DNA of 49,733 nt, taken from the IMG/VR virus record IMGVR_UViG_3300011335_000110, positions 1 through 49,733 of that record. One strand, given 5' to 3'. The notes under the pieces are model-generated. The model was given only the letters and a program-made list of their open reading frames with translations, was not told where the DNA came from and ran no database searches. How positions within the stretch are numbered: position 1 is the stretch's first letter; each line of letters opens with the position of its first letter. Below, piece by piece: positions 27,101 to 37,222 of the stretch. The position numbers were made by a program, and so were the translations under genes. Source of the DNA: a virus (taxonomy: Duplodnaviria > Caudoviricetes).

Positions 27101-30100
27101 TAGCAAAACCGGTCAAAGAAACCGTTGTTACCAGAGTCAACAAACTGGAGAAGATGCAGGAACAGTTGGCGAAGATTAGTAAGCAGGACTGGGTGGACTC
27201 CCCTGCACTAACGGCAAAACGTGATGCGCTAATTGCAGACATCAATAAGCTTGTTGAGAGCCAACAGAAACCGATCCGCAACAAGATCAAGGCTAAGCAA
27301 CAAGAGTTGGTGCGCTTGCGTGACCAGATGGAGCGATACCGTAATTCAGAGTTAGAGCCTGCCCGTCAGAAGTGGTTGGCAATGCCAGAAGGCCCAGTTG
27401 GTAGCCAAGCATATATTGCCCGTGACCAGATGCAACAGCGCTACTTGTTGCGTAAAAAGAAGTTTGACGGTTTTGCAGAGCACGATTCTAGGGTTACGCA
27501 AGACATCACTGACTTGATGAAGCGCTTGGATGAGCCAAGGCTCACACGAGGCAGGAAAGAAAAAGACGTACGTCCTGCAAGCCAGCGTCCATTTGCCAAC
27601 CGCAAAAAAGCGGTTGAGACAATTAAAGAACAGTTGGAGACTGCTGAAGCCGCGTTGCTGGCCAAGCCGGAGCGCAAACGTGTGGAGGTGTCTGAGATTG
27701 AGCGTCGTCAAGGATTGCTGGCGCAAATTAAAGAAAAAGAAGAGCAGCTTGCCGCACTGAAAAATAAACAAGGTGAAAACGAAGCCCGTGCAAAGCTGAC
27801 AAAAGAGATTGCGGCGTTAGACGCACGTTATAAAAAACAGCAAGCAGAACTTGGTGAGCGCCAGAAAGCGCCTGAGATTCCTACTAGCTTTAAAGAACGA
27901 CGCGACGAAGCCGCTGAACTGGAAACCCAGATCAAAGAAGCGTTTGCCGCTAAGGACTACGACAAGACTGCCAAACTGCTGGCGCGTATGCAGCAGTTGG
28001 ATTTGGGTGAAGACCTAGCGTCTGAGCTTGGGACTGATCTTGAGTACAACCAGCGGGTGCTGGAGCGTGCCATTAAAGATACGCAAGGCGAGCTTGACGC
28101 GCTTGTAAACATTCCCCCCGGCAAAGAAGTTAAGGTTGGCCAGAAAGTACCACGCCGCGGGTTGTCTGAAGAGCAGCAACAGCAACTCAAACAGCTTAAC
28201 AAGCGCATGGAAGCGCTACAGAAGAGCCTTGCACAGAACCAAGCATCGCTAGACGATATTGGACTCTTTGCCGCAAAGGGTGTCGATACTACAACAGAAG
28301 ATTTATTTGCCCCTACAGCAGAGCAAGGCGTTATCTTTGATACGCCAGAACAGTTCTTGGGTTCTTCTAAGTACGGCAAGATTGCCAAACTGCGTAAAGA
28401 AGTTAATCGCCTTGCCAGCATCATGCCTGTGCGGTTTGAAGACTTGCAGAAGGCGCGTACTGACTACGTGACTGCGCTTGGGGCATTGGAAAATTTACGC
28501 AAACGACCTGAAGCTACGCAGTTTAATTACTACGGTGAGTTGTCCGGTCAGTATAAGTTTCAAGCAGACAAGATGCGCGAAAAGGCGTTTGAAACTAGGG
28601 CGGAATATCTTTCGTCAAAAAATGAGTTGTTAGAACTTAAGGCAAATTTATATAAAGCAGAGTCCAAACGCTTACAAGAGCGTTCTGATTTTTACGAAAA
28701 ACTGTCTACAGAAGCTAAGCTGCTTGATATAAGCAAATACTCCGAAGACCTTCAACCGCTTGTATTAGAAGCCAAGGCGCTTGGTTTAGACATTGAAAAC
28801 GAAAGCCGTGAAATTGGCTTGTCGATGGCGCAGAAGAACGTTGATCGTTTAAAAACTGCTATGACTGACATGGATGAGTTAGCCCGTAAAAACGGCACGA
28901 CCGAACCAATAGTCAAAGAAAAACCAGCGGACATCCCCAAAGGTGACGAATTCCAAGCAAGACTTGGTGCGGTTAATAAACAGCTTGCGGCTTTGCGCAA
29001 ACTTACAAAAGGCGAAGCAACTTTTGAACTGCGAAGTTTAGAATCTTACAGGGCTGCGCTACTCACTGAGCAGTTTATGCGCACGGCTGAAGGCCGTCTT
29101 GTGCAACTCCGTGAAAGTTTCATGGAAGAGTACAGCACTGATGTTAATCCAGCAGAGCCATTTAAAACGGCTTTGGGGCGCGCTAGAGAGCGTGCGCAAG
29201 AGCTAGAAGCGGAGCAAACACAAGAAAAAGCAGACTTAATTGAGTCTTTGCGGGAGAACCGCGGAGAAGTGTTTGACGCTATTAACCGGATGTCTAGGGC
29301 TACGCCCCCGACAAACAAGCAGGCGTTTATTGACTTCAACATGGACTTGTATGAGTTGCGTGAGCAACTGGCGTCTATTGATGAGAGCATTAAAGAAGCT
29401 GAAAGCAAAGTCATTGAGGTTACAGAAGCCGAAATTGAAATGTTTCGCCGCGCCGACAGCGCACTGCAAGATGCATGGGGCAAGCTTAAAGCTGCTGAGA
29501 AAGCGCTTACATACAAAGATGAAAAGAAAACAGCCGATCTAGCTAAGCGCCGTAGCGCACTTATCTTGTCTCAGCAAGCTGTGGACAACGCCAAAGAAGC
29601 AGCGCGTATAAGCGCCAAAGCCCAACAAGAACGCATCCAAACAGGCGCAGGTATACCTAGCACCAAAGTTACCCGCGTTAAAGCTTTGAGCGAAGAAGGC
29701 CGCAAGGCTGCATACGCTGCTGGCAAGTTTGGCGAGTCCCGTGAAGTTCAAACTATGAACGCTGGCTGGACTGTGGAGTACACAGCCGACGGCCCTGTTT
29801 TTAATTACGATCCCGAAAACGACTCAGAAGCTGATAAAAAAGATAGAAAGCGTAAGAACGTTACGGCTAAGAAAGCGTACGACTCGCTTAAGAAAGCCCG
29901 CAAGGCGTACAGAAACGCGCTTGCAACCTTTGACCAACGCCGTATTGACGTAGCCAAAGAGAAGTTGGATGCCCAAGAACTCTTTATGGAAGACTTGGCA
30001 GGCGCTCGGTATGTGTCTGTAAAAGAAGTGGTTGGCTCTACGTCCACAGAACTAGATACTAAGTGGCAAGTTTCTCAGGAAATTAACCGCCTGCCTAAGA

Positions 30101-33100
30101 AAGAAATCACTACGTACACCAATGCGCGTGCTGAGCAAGAGAAGCTACGCAAAGAAATTGAGCATGTACGTACACTCAAAGGGCAGACCGAGATTAGCCA
30201 GCAACGCACTGCTGTGCGTAATGCTCAAAACCAGTACGACAAGATTGCGTACGAGTTGTCTGAAGTTAAGCGTAAGCAAGAGTATGACATCAGTACGCTT
30301 AGCGAGTCGGCTTACGACCGCCGTGTTAAAGATTTAACGCAACAACTTGACAAGACCAAAGCTCGGTTGGCTGAACTGTCAACACGTTTGAAACCAATGG
30401 AGGTTAAGAACGAAGAACGCCTTGCCGACTTGACCAAGCGTTACTTTGCGGCCAAGAAGATCGCTGACGAAATACTGCTGGGTAAACCAGAAACAGATAC
30501 AAAGGGCGCTACCCGTGCGCCTATTGCTGAGAACGTCAAAGACATGAAGGGCGCCATGCGCACATTAGCGCGTGACGAGAAGAACTCAGACATTAAACCT
30601 CTGATTAAACAAAATCAAAAACTTAAAACCGCATCGACTGAAGAGCAGCGTGTGCGTAGAGCGGCTGAAGGTTTTGCCAAGAAAGATCGTCTAGTCACCA
30701 TGTACTCTAAGGGTTCGCCTGAGTACAACAAGGCTTTGAAAGAAGTTACTGGCGGTTATGTTAAGCGGTTGATTGACAGTACTGATGACACAGACGGCAC
30801 AGTGTTTCGTGTGGAAGCGGAACCGGTTTCAAATCCCATAGCCGAAGCAGAAGCTAAAGCTATTGCAGACAAGTTTGCAAGCAAACTACCAAAAGATGTA
30901 AAGTTTATTTACGCCCCGACACTTAGTCAGGCGCCAGTTAAATATTTGAAAGCGTTATCTGACGCCGGTATAAATGTAGAAACGTCGTCAGTCAAAGGCG
31001 CTGTGTTACCTGACGGCACGATTGTTGTTATTGGCGATCAACACACTGATGCGCTGGACTTAGAAAAGACTTTGATTCACGAAGCCGTAGGTCACTATGG
31101 CGTGGATGTGGTGCTTGGCCCCCAAGGTATGATGGACTTGACCAAAGCCATTCGTACCACGGAAGGCGGCATTTTTGGCATGGCCAAAGCCTTGGGCGTC
31201 GAGGAAGATGTGTTGGCATCTGCTACTGCATGGGAGCAACGCGCTGTTGAAGCCGAGCAAAAAGGCGAGGTAGAAGTTGCGCAAAAGATTCGCCGTATGG
31301 GAGAGATCCAGTCTGTACGTGAGATGCTGGCGCACATGCAAGAGGCCACAGTCAACGAAACGTTTGTCCAGAAGGCTGGCCGTTACATCAAGGTGGTGCT
31401 TGGCGCTCTTCGCCAGTGGTTACGCGGTATGGGCATGCCGGGCTTGGCAAACGTCAGTACAAGCGACTTGTACTACACAATGTTCCAAGCTACCAAGCGT
31501 ATGCAACAAGAGTTTGCGGGCACGTACGAGTCTCCAACAGGTTTGATTTCTTTGGCTACCAGATGGGCCACGCCTGAGTTGGCTGCGGCAGGATCTGTTG
31601 TTGACAAAATGATTGCCAAAGACAAGAACCTGTACGACAAGATTAAAGCCAACGGCTCTGGTTTGGCGTTTGAGACGCAGATGGTTGATCGCTATGCTGG
31701 CTTTGAGCGTTTGGTCAGGGACAAAAATGTAGGCATGGACAAGCTTAAAGGTTTCCAAATGTTGTACTACTTACGTATGTACGACCAGCGCATGAACTTT
31801 GTGGCGCAGTCTGTAGGCAATGGTGCACTGCAACGCACCAAGAAAACCCGCAAAGATGGCCGTGACGAGTACATTATTGAAAGCGTTAAGGGGCCAAGCA
31901 TTCGTAGCGTGGCTGAGATTCTTAAACGTGCTTCACCTTTGGTGGGCAGTCCAGATGGCGCCAGCCGTCTGTTCACCCTGTATTTGGCGGGCATTCGCGC
32001 TAAACGACCAGACGTAGGTTTAGAAGCTCTAGGTTTTAATGGCAAGATTACCCAAGCTGAACTGGATAGCGCTAACCGCGCCATTGAGAACACGCCCGGC
32101 CTTAAAGATTTGTTTGACCAAGCACGGGCTGAATACAACGCATACAACGAGGGGCTGGTTAGGTTTGCGGCTCAGACGCACGCGATCCCACGCTCTGTTG
32201 TAGAAAAACTGCTTGCGACTAAGGATTACATTCCGTACTACCGCCAGCGTAACGGCGTGGTGGAACTGTTAATTGGCGGAGAAAACCCAGTCAAGATTGG
32301 TAACATTAAAGAGCAACCATACTTGCAAGAGTTAGTTGGCGGCGATGCGCCCATCATTGACTTTATGACCAGCGCTGTTCAGAACACAAACTTGTTGACG
32401 GACATGGCGTTGCGTAACCAAGCGACAAGCAGTGCTGTATTTGAGTTGGTGGACTTGGGTTTGGCAACCATTACGCGTAAGCCTATCTCTGGCACTAACG
32501 TGGTTCGTTTTAAAGTTGAGCCTGACCCCAAGAACGAGAAAGACAAAGACACAGGCGACCGCTATGCGCTGATTGCTACGGATAAAGCAGGCATTCCTGC
32601 GGACATCTTGGTCAAAGGCATGGAAGGTATACCGTCTCAAATGCCGTTTGCCTTGCGTGCTATGGCAGCCCCTGCTATGCTCTTGCGTAAAACCATTACA
32701 GCGTCGCCTTTGTACGCGGCTAGGCAGTTGTTCCGTGACTCCTTAGCCGCCCCGCTATTGACCGGTGCTGATTTCTTCCCTGTTACTGGAGCGCTTAAAG
32801 AAATTGGTAGCGCGACCAAGGGCACGTTAGAGAGCCGAGGCATTACTGGCGGTCAGGTGTTTACTGGCGGTAGCGAAGACCTAACCAAAATCTTGCGCGA
32901 CATTACTGCTGGCCGAGGCGTGTTCTCTGACTTACTGTCAAGGGCTGAAGCTATCTCTATGGAAGCCGATGCGCTTACACGACGCGCTCAATACAACAGC
33001 TACATCAAGCAGGGCTTGTCTGAGATGGAAGCCACGTACATGGCGCTTGAGTCCATGAACTTTAACAAGCGTGGTGCGTCACCTAGCATCCACTGGGCTA

Positions 33101-34194
33101 ACGCACTGATCCCGTTCTTCAACGCACAGATTCAAGGTTTGAATGTGCTGTACAAAGCCCTGTCAGGCAACCTGCCTTTCAATGAGCGCTTGAAGATACA
33201 GGAAAAGCTGTTAACCCGTGGCCTGATGATAGCCGCTGGTACGCTGGCGTATGCTGCTGCAATGCAGGACGACGAAGCTTACAAGAACGCTACGCCAGAT
33301 CAGAAGTACGGTAATTGGTTCGTGCGTATTCCCGGTGTGGAAGAGCCGATTCGTATACCAATTCCGTTTGAGATTGGCTACATCTTCAAGGCTTTGCCAG
33401 AAGCGCTGTACAACTCCATGATGAACGAGCACGGTAGCGAAGAAGCGGTCAAAGCGTTTAACCAAATCTTGATCCAGACTATTCCCGGCGGTACTAGCAT
33501 GGCCACAATCGATGTTGGTGGGTTTAAGGTTCCTACGCTACTGCCCATACCGCAAGCCATGAAGCCTCTTATTGAGACTTCTTTGGGTAAGTCGTTCTAC
33601 ACAGGGCGTGACATTCTGTCTAAGGGTGAGCAACAGTTGTTGCCAGAAGCGCAGTTCCGTGAGAACACCACCGAGATTGCCAAGGCGTATGGTTCTGCTG
33701 TTGGCGCATCTCCTATCAAGGTCGAAGCGTTTATCAAGGGCTATACCGGCACGATGGGCTTGGCGTTCTTGCAAGCTATTAGTTCCCCCTTCTCCTCAGA
33801 AGGTTCGCCTGAGAAGACCTACAAACGCTTGTCTGAACGTGCAGTCATTGGCGGTGCGTTCCAGCCCAACGATGCTGGCGAGATCATCAACAGTACGTTT
33901 GAGCGCATGAATGAGTTTTCCAAGGTCAAGCAGACAGTGGACAACTACATCGAGCGCGGGGAGAAGTCCAAAGCCTTGGCGCTGATTAGTGAGCGTAGTA
34001 AGGAGTACATGCTAGGCGAGATCTCTGGTGACTTTACCAAGCAGATTGGCGAGTTGACCCAGTATGAGCGTGCCGTGCGTGCCTCAACCCTTACGCCCGA
34101 AGAGAAGCGTGACCGGTTGGCCGAGATACGGCAGATGAAAATCAAGCTGTCTTCAATGGTGCGCGGGGCAGTCGATAAAACATTACCCCAGTAA
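24103..34194 (+). CDS. Giant ejection/polyvalent protein: coiled coils, zincin-like HExxxH domain, LPD38-like C-terminus
   Basis: 3363 aa; HEAVGHYG at about 31078; IPIPFEIG..KSFYTGRDI near the C-terminus; last gene of the virion block. Confidence 0.75.
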   Translation: MPIYKVEGPDGRVYSVEGPAGASPDEVVEFVRANYKQLKPKEGLGAAVSKGIESLISTGRTAVGTVTGSPEEAVKEGLARGEDMGKRYADEIGLDKVKEAYEKKGLLSAVGEVGRQIPLALAEQAPNLAASLGSARAGAALGSFAGPVGTVVGGIGGAFLPSLIQQYGGDVEAQARAQIDRGEPIKIDRGAAALAAIPQAALDVVGTFIPLGGRLISKLTGIPEKALFGRSAAQASKLADERLLATLAKGTATGALAEIPTEITQQMLQRAQAGLSLTDEDALKEYGETAYQVGLLAPIGAAGRFGDRAAARGERTQQQEVARQEEQMRQLQEQETQEEQDRVAKEIEKQQAEETKQQAIAAKAEEKRLAQARKIGTPELLAQMGDETVVGKYSELPDAERARTEQLNSLAKQLGYTDDEIKNQPFDTLQSTLRERVTTDLEQVRRVVPDLQKQLQEVRAKQDIQRALDKARASGDFAKAEALSAQLEKLQNTPAGFDRIISLSKQLEKMVPAEESLKSTLKQLDKLAPAEADLGAVRKALDKALDDGDFAKAQKLAAQLEKLETTQVGLERKLPGGAMPRNVRALPTEQVDMFGADFQKELDQKDRQQAQQDIEQITEKQPESQVSRDEDLFTAEQDYEESIKAKEEGKKKTLTPEEYAESLSRGIDPDFVGPEAQTGKAAPKVLYRRVPSTSPKEVTRSIPYIVDEKGVSRDLTEKEAKELQEQEPKVAKTGVDEAIDSGIINSEVKDILGLKGLSNRKLDLNVIEDAEFVEGKLRAKLDASKQKAQELLDQYMADPFAENNLYDTEGNLSEKAKEILWRDMQAQELERLLKHIEEGKRGRRTAAGEERLAEKVIAAPERKATIDTTLPPIEKMEAKDANELAQVMGVSGVAELKAADNEEISAQRHTLEAKRQKKNKDEAYDKLLEALEGQRTSKDAPHKYDLKYLSKLRTQYVQAALKEAAHLRAAQRQSPLSSAQILQATNDMYGSLKELSTRYVAKPVKETVVTRVNKLEKMQEQLAKISKQDWVDSPALTAKRDALIADINKLVESQQKPIRNKIKAKQQELVRLRDQMERYRNSELEPARQKWLAMPEGPVGSQAYIARDQMQQRYLLRKKKFDGFAEHDSRVTQDITDLMKRLDEPRLTRGRKEKDVRPASQRPFANRKKAVETIKEQLETAEAALLAKPERKRVEVSEIERRQGLLAQIKEKEEQLAALKNKQGENEARAKLTKEIAALDARYKKQQAELGERQKAPEIPTSFKERRDEAAELETQIKEAFAAKDYDKTAKLLARMQQLDLGEDLASELGTDLEYNQRVLERAIKDTQGELDALVNIPPGKEVKVGQKVPRRGLSEEQQQQLKQLNKRMEALQKSLAQNQASLDDIGLFAAKGVDTTTEDLFAPTAEQGVIFDTPEQFLGSSKYGKIAKLRKEVNRLASIMPVRFEDLQKARTDYVTALGALENLRKRPEATQFNYYGELSGQYKFQADKMREKAFETRAEYLSSKNELLELKANLYKAESKRLQERSDFYEKLSTEAKLLDISKYSEDLQPLVLEAKALGLDIENESREIGLSMAQKNVDRLKTAMTDMDELARKNGTTEPIVKEKPADIPKGDEFQARLGAVNKQLAALRKLTKGEATFELRSLESYRAALLTEQFMRTAEGRLVQLRESFMEEYSTDVNPAEPFKTALGRARERAQELEAEQTQEKADLIESLRENRGEVFDAINRMSRATPPTNKQAFIDFNMDLYELREQLASIDESIKEAESKVIEVTEAEIEMFRRADSALQDAWGKLKAAEKALTYKDEKKTADLAKRRSALILSQQAVDNAKEAARISAKAQQERIQTGAGIPSTKVTRVKALSEEGRKAAYAAGKFGESREVQTMNAGWTVEYTADGPVFNYDPENDSEADKKDRKRKNVTAKKAYDSLKKARKAYRNALATFDQRRIDVAKEKLDAQELFMEDLAGARYVSVKEVVGSTSTELDTKWQVSQEINRLPKKEITTYTNARAEQEKLRKEIEHVRTLKGQTEISQQRTAVRNAQNQYDKIAYELSEVKRKQEYDISTLSESAYDRRVKDLTQQLDKTKARLAELSTRLKPMEVKNEERLADLTKRYFAAKKIADEILLGKPETDTKGATRAPIAENVKDMKGAMRTLARDEKNSDIKPLIKQNQKLKTASTEEQRVRRAAEGFAKKDRLVTMYSKGSPEYNKALKEVTGGYVKRLIDSTDDTDGTVFRVEAEPVSNPIAEAEAKAIADKFASKLPKDVKFIYAPTLSQAPVKYLKALSDAGINVETSSVKGAVLPDGTIVVIGDQHTDALDLEKTLIHEAVGHYGVDVVLGPQGMMDLTKAIRTTEGGIFGMAKALGVEEDVLASATAWEQRAVEAEQKGEVEVAQKIRRMGEIQSVREMLAHMQEATVNETFVQKAGRYIKVVLGALRQWLRGMGMPGLANVSTSDLYYTMFQATKRMQQEFAGTYESPTGLISLATRWATPELAAAGSVVDKMIAKDKNLYDKIKANGSGLAFETQMVDRYAGFERLVRDKNVGMDKLKGFQMLYYLRMYDQRMNFVAQSVGNGALQRTKKTRKDGRDEYIIESVKGPSIRSVAEILKRASPLVGSPDGASRLFTLYLAGIRAKRPDVGLEALGFNGKITQAELDSANRAIENTPGLKDLFDQARAEYNAYNEGLVRFAAQTHAIPRSVVEKLLATKDYIPYYRQRNGVVELLIGGENPVKIGNIKEQPYLQELVGGDAPIIDFMTSAVQNTNLLTDMALRNQATSSAVFELVDLGLATITRKPISGTNVVRFKVEPDPKNEKDKDTGDRYALIATDKAGIPADILVKGMEGIPSQMPFALRAMAAPAMLLRKTITASPLYAARQLFRDSLAAPLLTGADFFPVTGALKEIGSATKGTLESRGITGGQVFTGGSEDLTKILRDITAGRGVFSDLLSRAEAISMEADALTRRAQYNSYIKQGLSEMEATYMALESMNFNKRGASPSIHWANALIPFFNAQIQGLNVLYKALSGNLPFNERLKIQEKLLTRGLMIAAGTLAYAAAMQDDEAYKNATPDQKYGNWFVRIPGVEEPIRIPIPFEIGYIFKALPEALYNSMMNEHGSEEAVKAFNQILIQTIPGGTSMATIDVGGFKVPTLLPIPQAMKPLIETSLGKSFYTGRDILSKGEQQLLPEAQFRENTTEIAKAYGSAVGASPIKVEAFIKGYTGTMGLAFLQAISSPFSSEGSPEKTYKRLSERAVIGGAFQPNDAGEIINSTFERMNEFSKVKQTVDNYIERGEKSKALALISERSKEYMLGEISGDFTKQIGELTQYERAVRASTLTPEEKRDRLAEIRQMKIKLSSMVRGAVDKTLPQ

Positions 34195-34357
34195 AGCCTT
34201 CGTAGATGCCCGTCTTAGCACGGGCATCTAGTACTCGGCAAAGGACTGCCTTGCGCAGCCCTAGTTCACGAACTTCGTCCGTATCTAGGCAGGGGATAAA
34301 GAACCCCTGCCCTTTGTCAAGCGTCTCCCACGGGACGCGGATTGATGATACTTTCCT
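34142..34357 (-). pseudogene. 71-codon ORF lacking a canonical start codon
   Basis: RKVSSIRVPWETLDKGQGFFIPCLD...GFTGVMFYR; first codon is AGG, directly after an in-frame TAG. Confidence 0.45.
34203..34230. terminator. 11-bp hairpin between the convergent gene blocks
   Basis: TAGATGCCCGT-cttagc-ACGGGCATCTA; no U-tract on either strand. Confidence 0.5.
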
Positions 34358-37208
34358 CTAGTTCGTCCATCTTTCGTCTGACACGCATTGCTGGAACCCG
34401 CATGGCGGGGCCTTTGGTCTTGGAGGTCATGTTCTTCCTGAGATACTCAATCTGAAACGTGTCCTCAAGCTGGCGCTTGAACGAAGCGTACCCGAAACTC
34501 ATAGAAGCACAATAGGACTTGAGCAGGGTCTCCTCAATGAAGTAGTCGATGTAGCCGGGCGCTATGCCATGCTCTACACGCCCAAGAATCTTGTTGCGTG
34601 TAATCGTCTGGTCTATCATCTGACCACTGCCAAGCTCCGCCATCAAGCCGCCAGTACTAGGTTTAATAACCACGAAACTGCCGTAGCTCTCCCTAGTGTA
34701 AGCGTTTAGTACATCCTCTGCGGTGCGCAAGCTGTGCTTCATGCTAGAGCGCATAGCCGTCACGACCTTCTTAAACGCGTTCAGCACGGGGCGGAGGGGG
34801 ATATCCACAATACCTGCCGCTTTAAAAGCATTACGGGCATGGACTGCGGCTCCGATACTTGCCATCCAGAAACGCTCATCGTTAGTTGCGTTGAACTCCG
34901 TGTACATAGCGGCAACCGCTTCACGCACAGATGTAGGGAACTCATCAACATGCTCAACCATGTACTCAACTAACTTGTAGCCAGCCACGCCATAGTTGTG
35001 TTGCAAAGACTTAATGATCTCAATCTCGTGAGGCTCCCATGTAAGCGCTTCGTCAAACGTAAACTCAAGCAGGCGGCGAAGCTCGCCCTCTGATGAGTGG
35101 TTACGCCCACCGGTCAAGTAGTCCACAACGTGCGTGTTGGATGACATCAAGCACACAGTCATCCATGTCGAGAGGTTCAAGCGTTCCTTGTTGGAGCCAG
35201 ACTCCATACGCTCCTTGCCCCGACCCTCGGTCATATCCAACAGGAACTCAGGCAACCACTCAGGGGCGGCTCGGTTCTTGGCGGTGATCTCATCCGTGAT
35301 AAGCGGGTGGCTGTTGAGTAAACCCAAGCGCTGTTGCATAGCCACAGGAGAAGTGCTCTTGCCTGTGCGGTAATGCGTTGGGTGTCCCCATACTGAGGCG
35401 GCGGCTTCGAGAGACAGCGTCTTGCCTGTACCCGACTCGGTACTAGCGCAGTGGTATGTCATCCCGTAGATGCCTGTAAAGCGCATAAAAGGCGCTCCAG
35501 CACCGGCAAGGATTATGGCTATGTGCCCCCACATCTTCTTGGCGATCAACATGTTGATGAAGTCGCGCCAAGCCTCAATGGTTCCCTTGGGTTCGGTGTT
35601 TACTGTGATGTTCTCCAGACCCGGCATTGGCACCTTGACTGGTGGTTTGCCCTTGCTGAAGATACGTCCTGCATAGACGTACGTGTTGTCTGCCTGCCAG
35701 CCGTAGCTGTCAGGAACCTTTATAGCAGGTCTGCTTGTACTAGCTTCTTCCACACATGCCCTCACATATTCAAATAGGTTTTTGTCGTTGTTGTGACCGA
35801 AAGCGGCCACCACATTCTGATTGGCTAACGCCTTAACAGTCTCGTCTTTGCTGACCACGGCTTTCTGCGCCATAGTTATGTTCACTGCACCATCAGGCTT
35901 GAGCGCTATCAGGTGTACTGTGTGATCCCCGTTGCTGTTGAGAATGTCAACAACAAACAGTTCGTAGGGTAGTAGCATGACTTGCTTCTTGGACTTAACG
36001 CCCTCGTCATCCTCTACTGTGCGCTCCATGAACGTGCCGCCGTTGGCTCCATAGGAGTACCCGCGTGGCGGTGTTGGGCGCATGACCTTGATGGTTTCTT
36101 TCTGCGTGACCGAGCTATCGCTTGAGAGCTTTACCTCGATCTCTTTCTCCTCGACCTCGACAGCCAACTCACGACCTAGGATCAATGGGTTGGTGATCTT
36201 GCCCCAGTGTGTACATGATGGGCATATACCGGGGTTCTCGGAGTCCATCTTGATGCAGGGGTATGGGCCTTTAATACTCTGAAGCTTTTGGTTCATGCGC
36301 TCAGGCTCATATGGATGCATCTTGCTTAGCCACACCGCAGCTTTATTGCCGTCTTCACAGACCTTAGCCCATGACAACAAGCCACGCCAGATCGGCTCCA
36401 TGCCCTCTTCGGTTGCGTGTTCAACGTAGTTGGCCAGTTGGCCGCACCCACGATTGTTTTGCGTAGCCAGCCAAATTGGTTTGAACTTGGTTACGCTGTT
36501 TTCAAAGAGCTTGACACTGGTCGGGGAAGCAGAAGCCTTGGAGGGGCGAGTACCCGCCAAGTCAAGCTTGGGCACGGCTAGAGGCTCATAGACTGAGCCT
36601 GTGAGCTTATCCCGTATGAGAGAAGCCAACCCCTCGAAGCTGAACACATCGCCCTCGGTCAGTATGCGCACGGGGCGCGGCGTTGCGTACTTCTTCTTGA
36701 AGTTTGTGGTCTCGGGTATACGTAAGACACGGGCGGCATCTGCCGTCACAGTCATGTCGATAGCCAAGGCTTCCTGTTTGCACAGGCGTTTAAAGTTCTC
36801 AGCTACAGGCTTCCAAGAGTCGATAGGCACGGACTCAGTCAAAGGCCAGTAGCAGTGCAAACCGCCACCAGAACCCACGACGTAGGGTGTGCCTAGGGCA
36901 TCCATGCCTGTCTTGTTTAAAAACGCGCTGAGAGCCTGCGCCGCATCTTTCTTCGATGCGTAGCCGTCCATGTCGATAAACAGGGACTTAACATAACGCG
37001 CATTAACAGCCTGTCGGTTGTCTTCTTCGCCAAAGGTAGCCAAGGCAAAGTAAATGTCCAACTTGCTGTCATGCCAACGTTTGATGTGCGCAGGCGTAGT
37101 ATCCAGAGCCGCAGTAAAAACGTGCTCTTTCTTTGTGAGTTCTGCTACGCAGTACCGGCCAAATTCTGGCGGCGGCAGAACAACCGCTAAAAACTCAAGC
37201 GGAGTCAT
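34317..37208 (-). CDS. Primase-helicase (RepB/AEP-like primase, DUF927 region, P-loop ATPase)
   Basis: FIDMD, SGGGLHCYW, DAARVLRIP; Cys cluster YPC..CPSC; Walker A ESGTGKT; ITDE. Confidence 0.85.
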   Translation of the reverse strand: MTPLEFLAVVLPPPEFGRYCVAELTKKEHVFTAALDTTPAHIKRWHDSKLDIYFALATFGEEDNRQAVNARYVKSLFIDMDGYASKKDAAQALSAFLNKTGMDALGTPYVVGSGGGLHCYWPLTESVPIDSWKPVAENFKRLCKQEALAIDMTVTADAARVLRIPETTNFKKKYATPRPVRILTEGDVFSFEGLASLIRDKLTGSVYEPLAVPKLDLAGTRPSKASASPTSVKLFENSVTKFKPIWLATQNNRGCGQLANYVEHATEEGMEPIWRGLLSWAKVCEDGNKAAVWLSKMHPYEPERMNQKLQSIKGPYPCIKMDSENPGICPSCTHWGKITNPLILGRELAVEVEEKEIEVKLSSDSSVTQKETIKVMRPTPPRGYSYGANGGTFMERTVEDDEGVKSKKQVMLLPYELFVVDILNSNGDHTVHLIALKPDGAVNITMAQKAVVSKDETVKALANQNVVAAFGHNNDKNLFEYVRACVEEASTSRPAIKVPDSYGWQADNTYVYAGRIFSKGKPPVKVPMPGLENITVNTEPKGTIEAWRDFINMLIAKKMWGHIAIILAGAGAPFMRFTGIYGMTYHCASTESGTGKTLSLEAAASVWGHPTHYRTGKSTSPVAMQQRLGLLNSHPLITDEITAKNRAAPEWLPEFLLDMTEGRGKERMESGSNKERLNLSTWMTVCLMSSNTHVVDYLTGGRNHSSEGELRRLLEFTFDEALTWEPHEIEIIKSLQHNYGVAGYKLVEYMVEHVDEFPTSVREAVAAMYTEFNATNDERFWMASIGAAVHARNAFKAAGIVDIPLRPVLNAFKKVVTAMRSSMKHSLRTAEDVLNAYTRESYGSFVVIKPSTGGLMAELGSGQMIDQTITRNKILGRVEHGIAPGYIDYFIEETLLKSYCASMSFGYASFKRQLEDTFQIEYLRKNMTSKTKGPAMRVPAMRVRRKMDELEESIINPRPVGDA

Positions 37209-37222
37209 TGAAGTCCTTGCGG

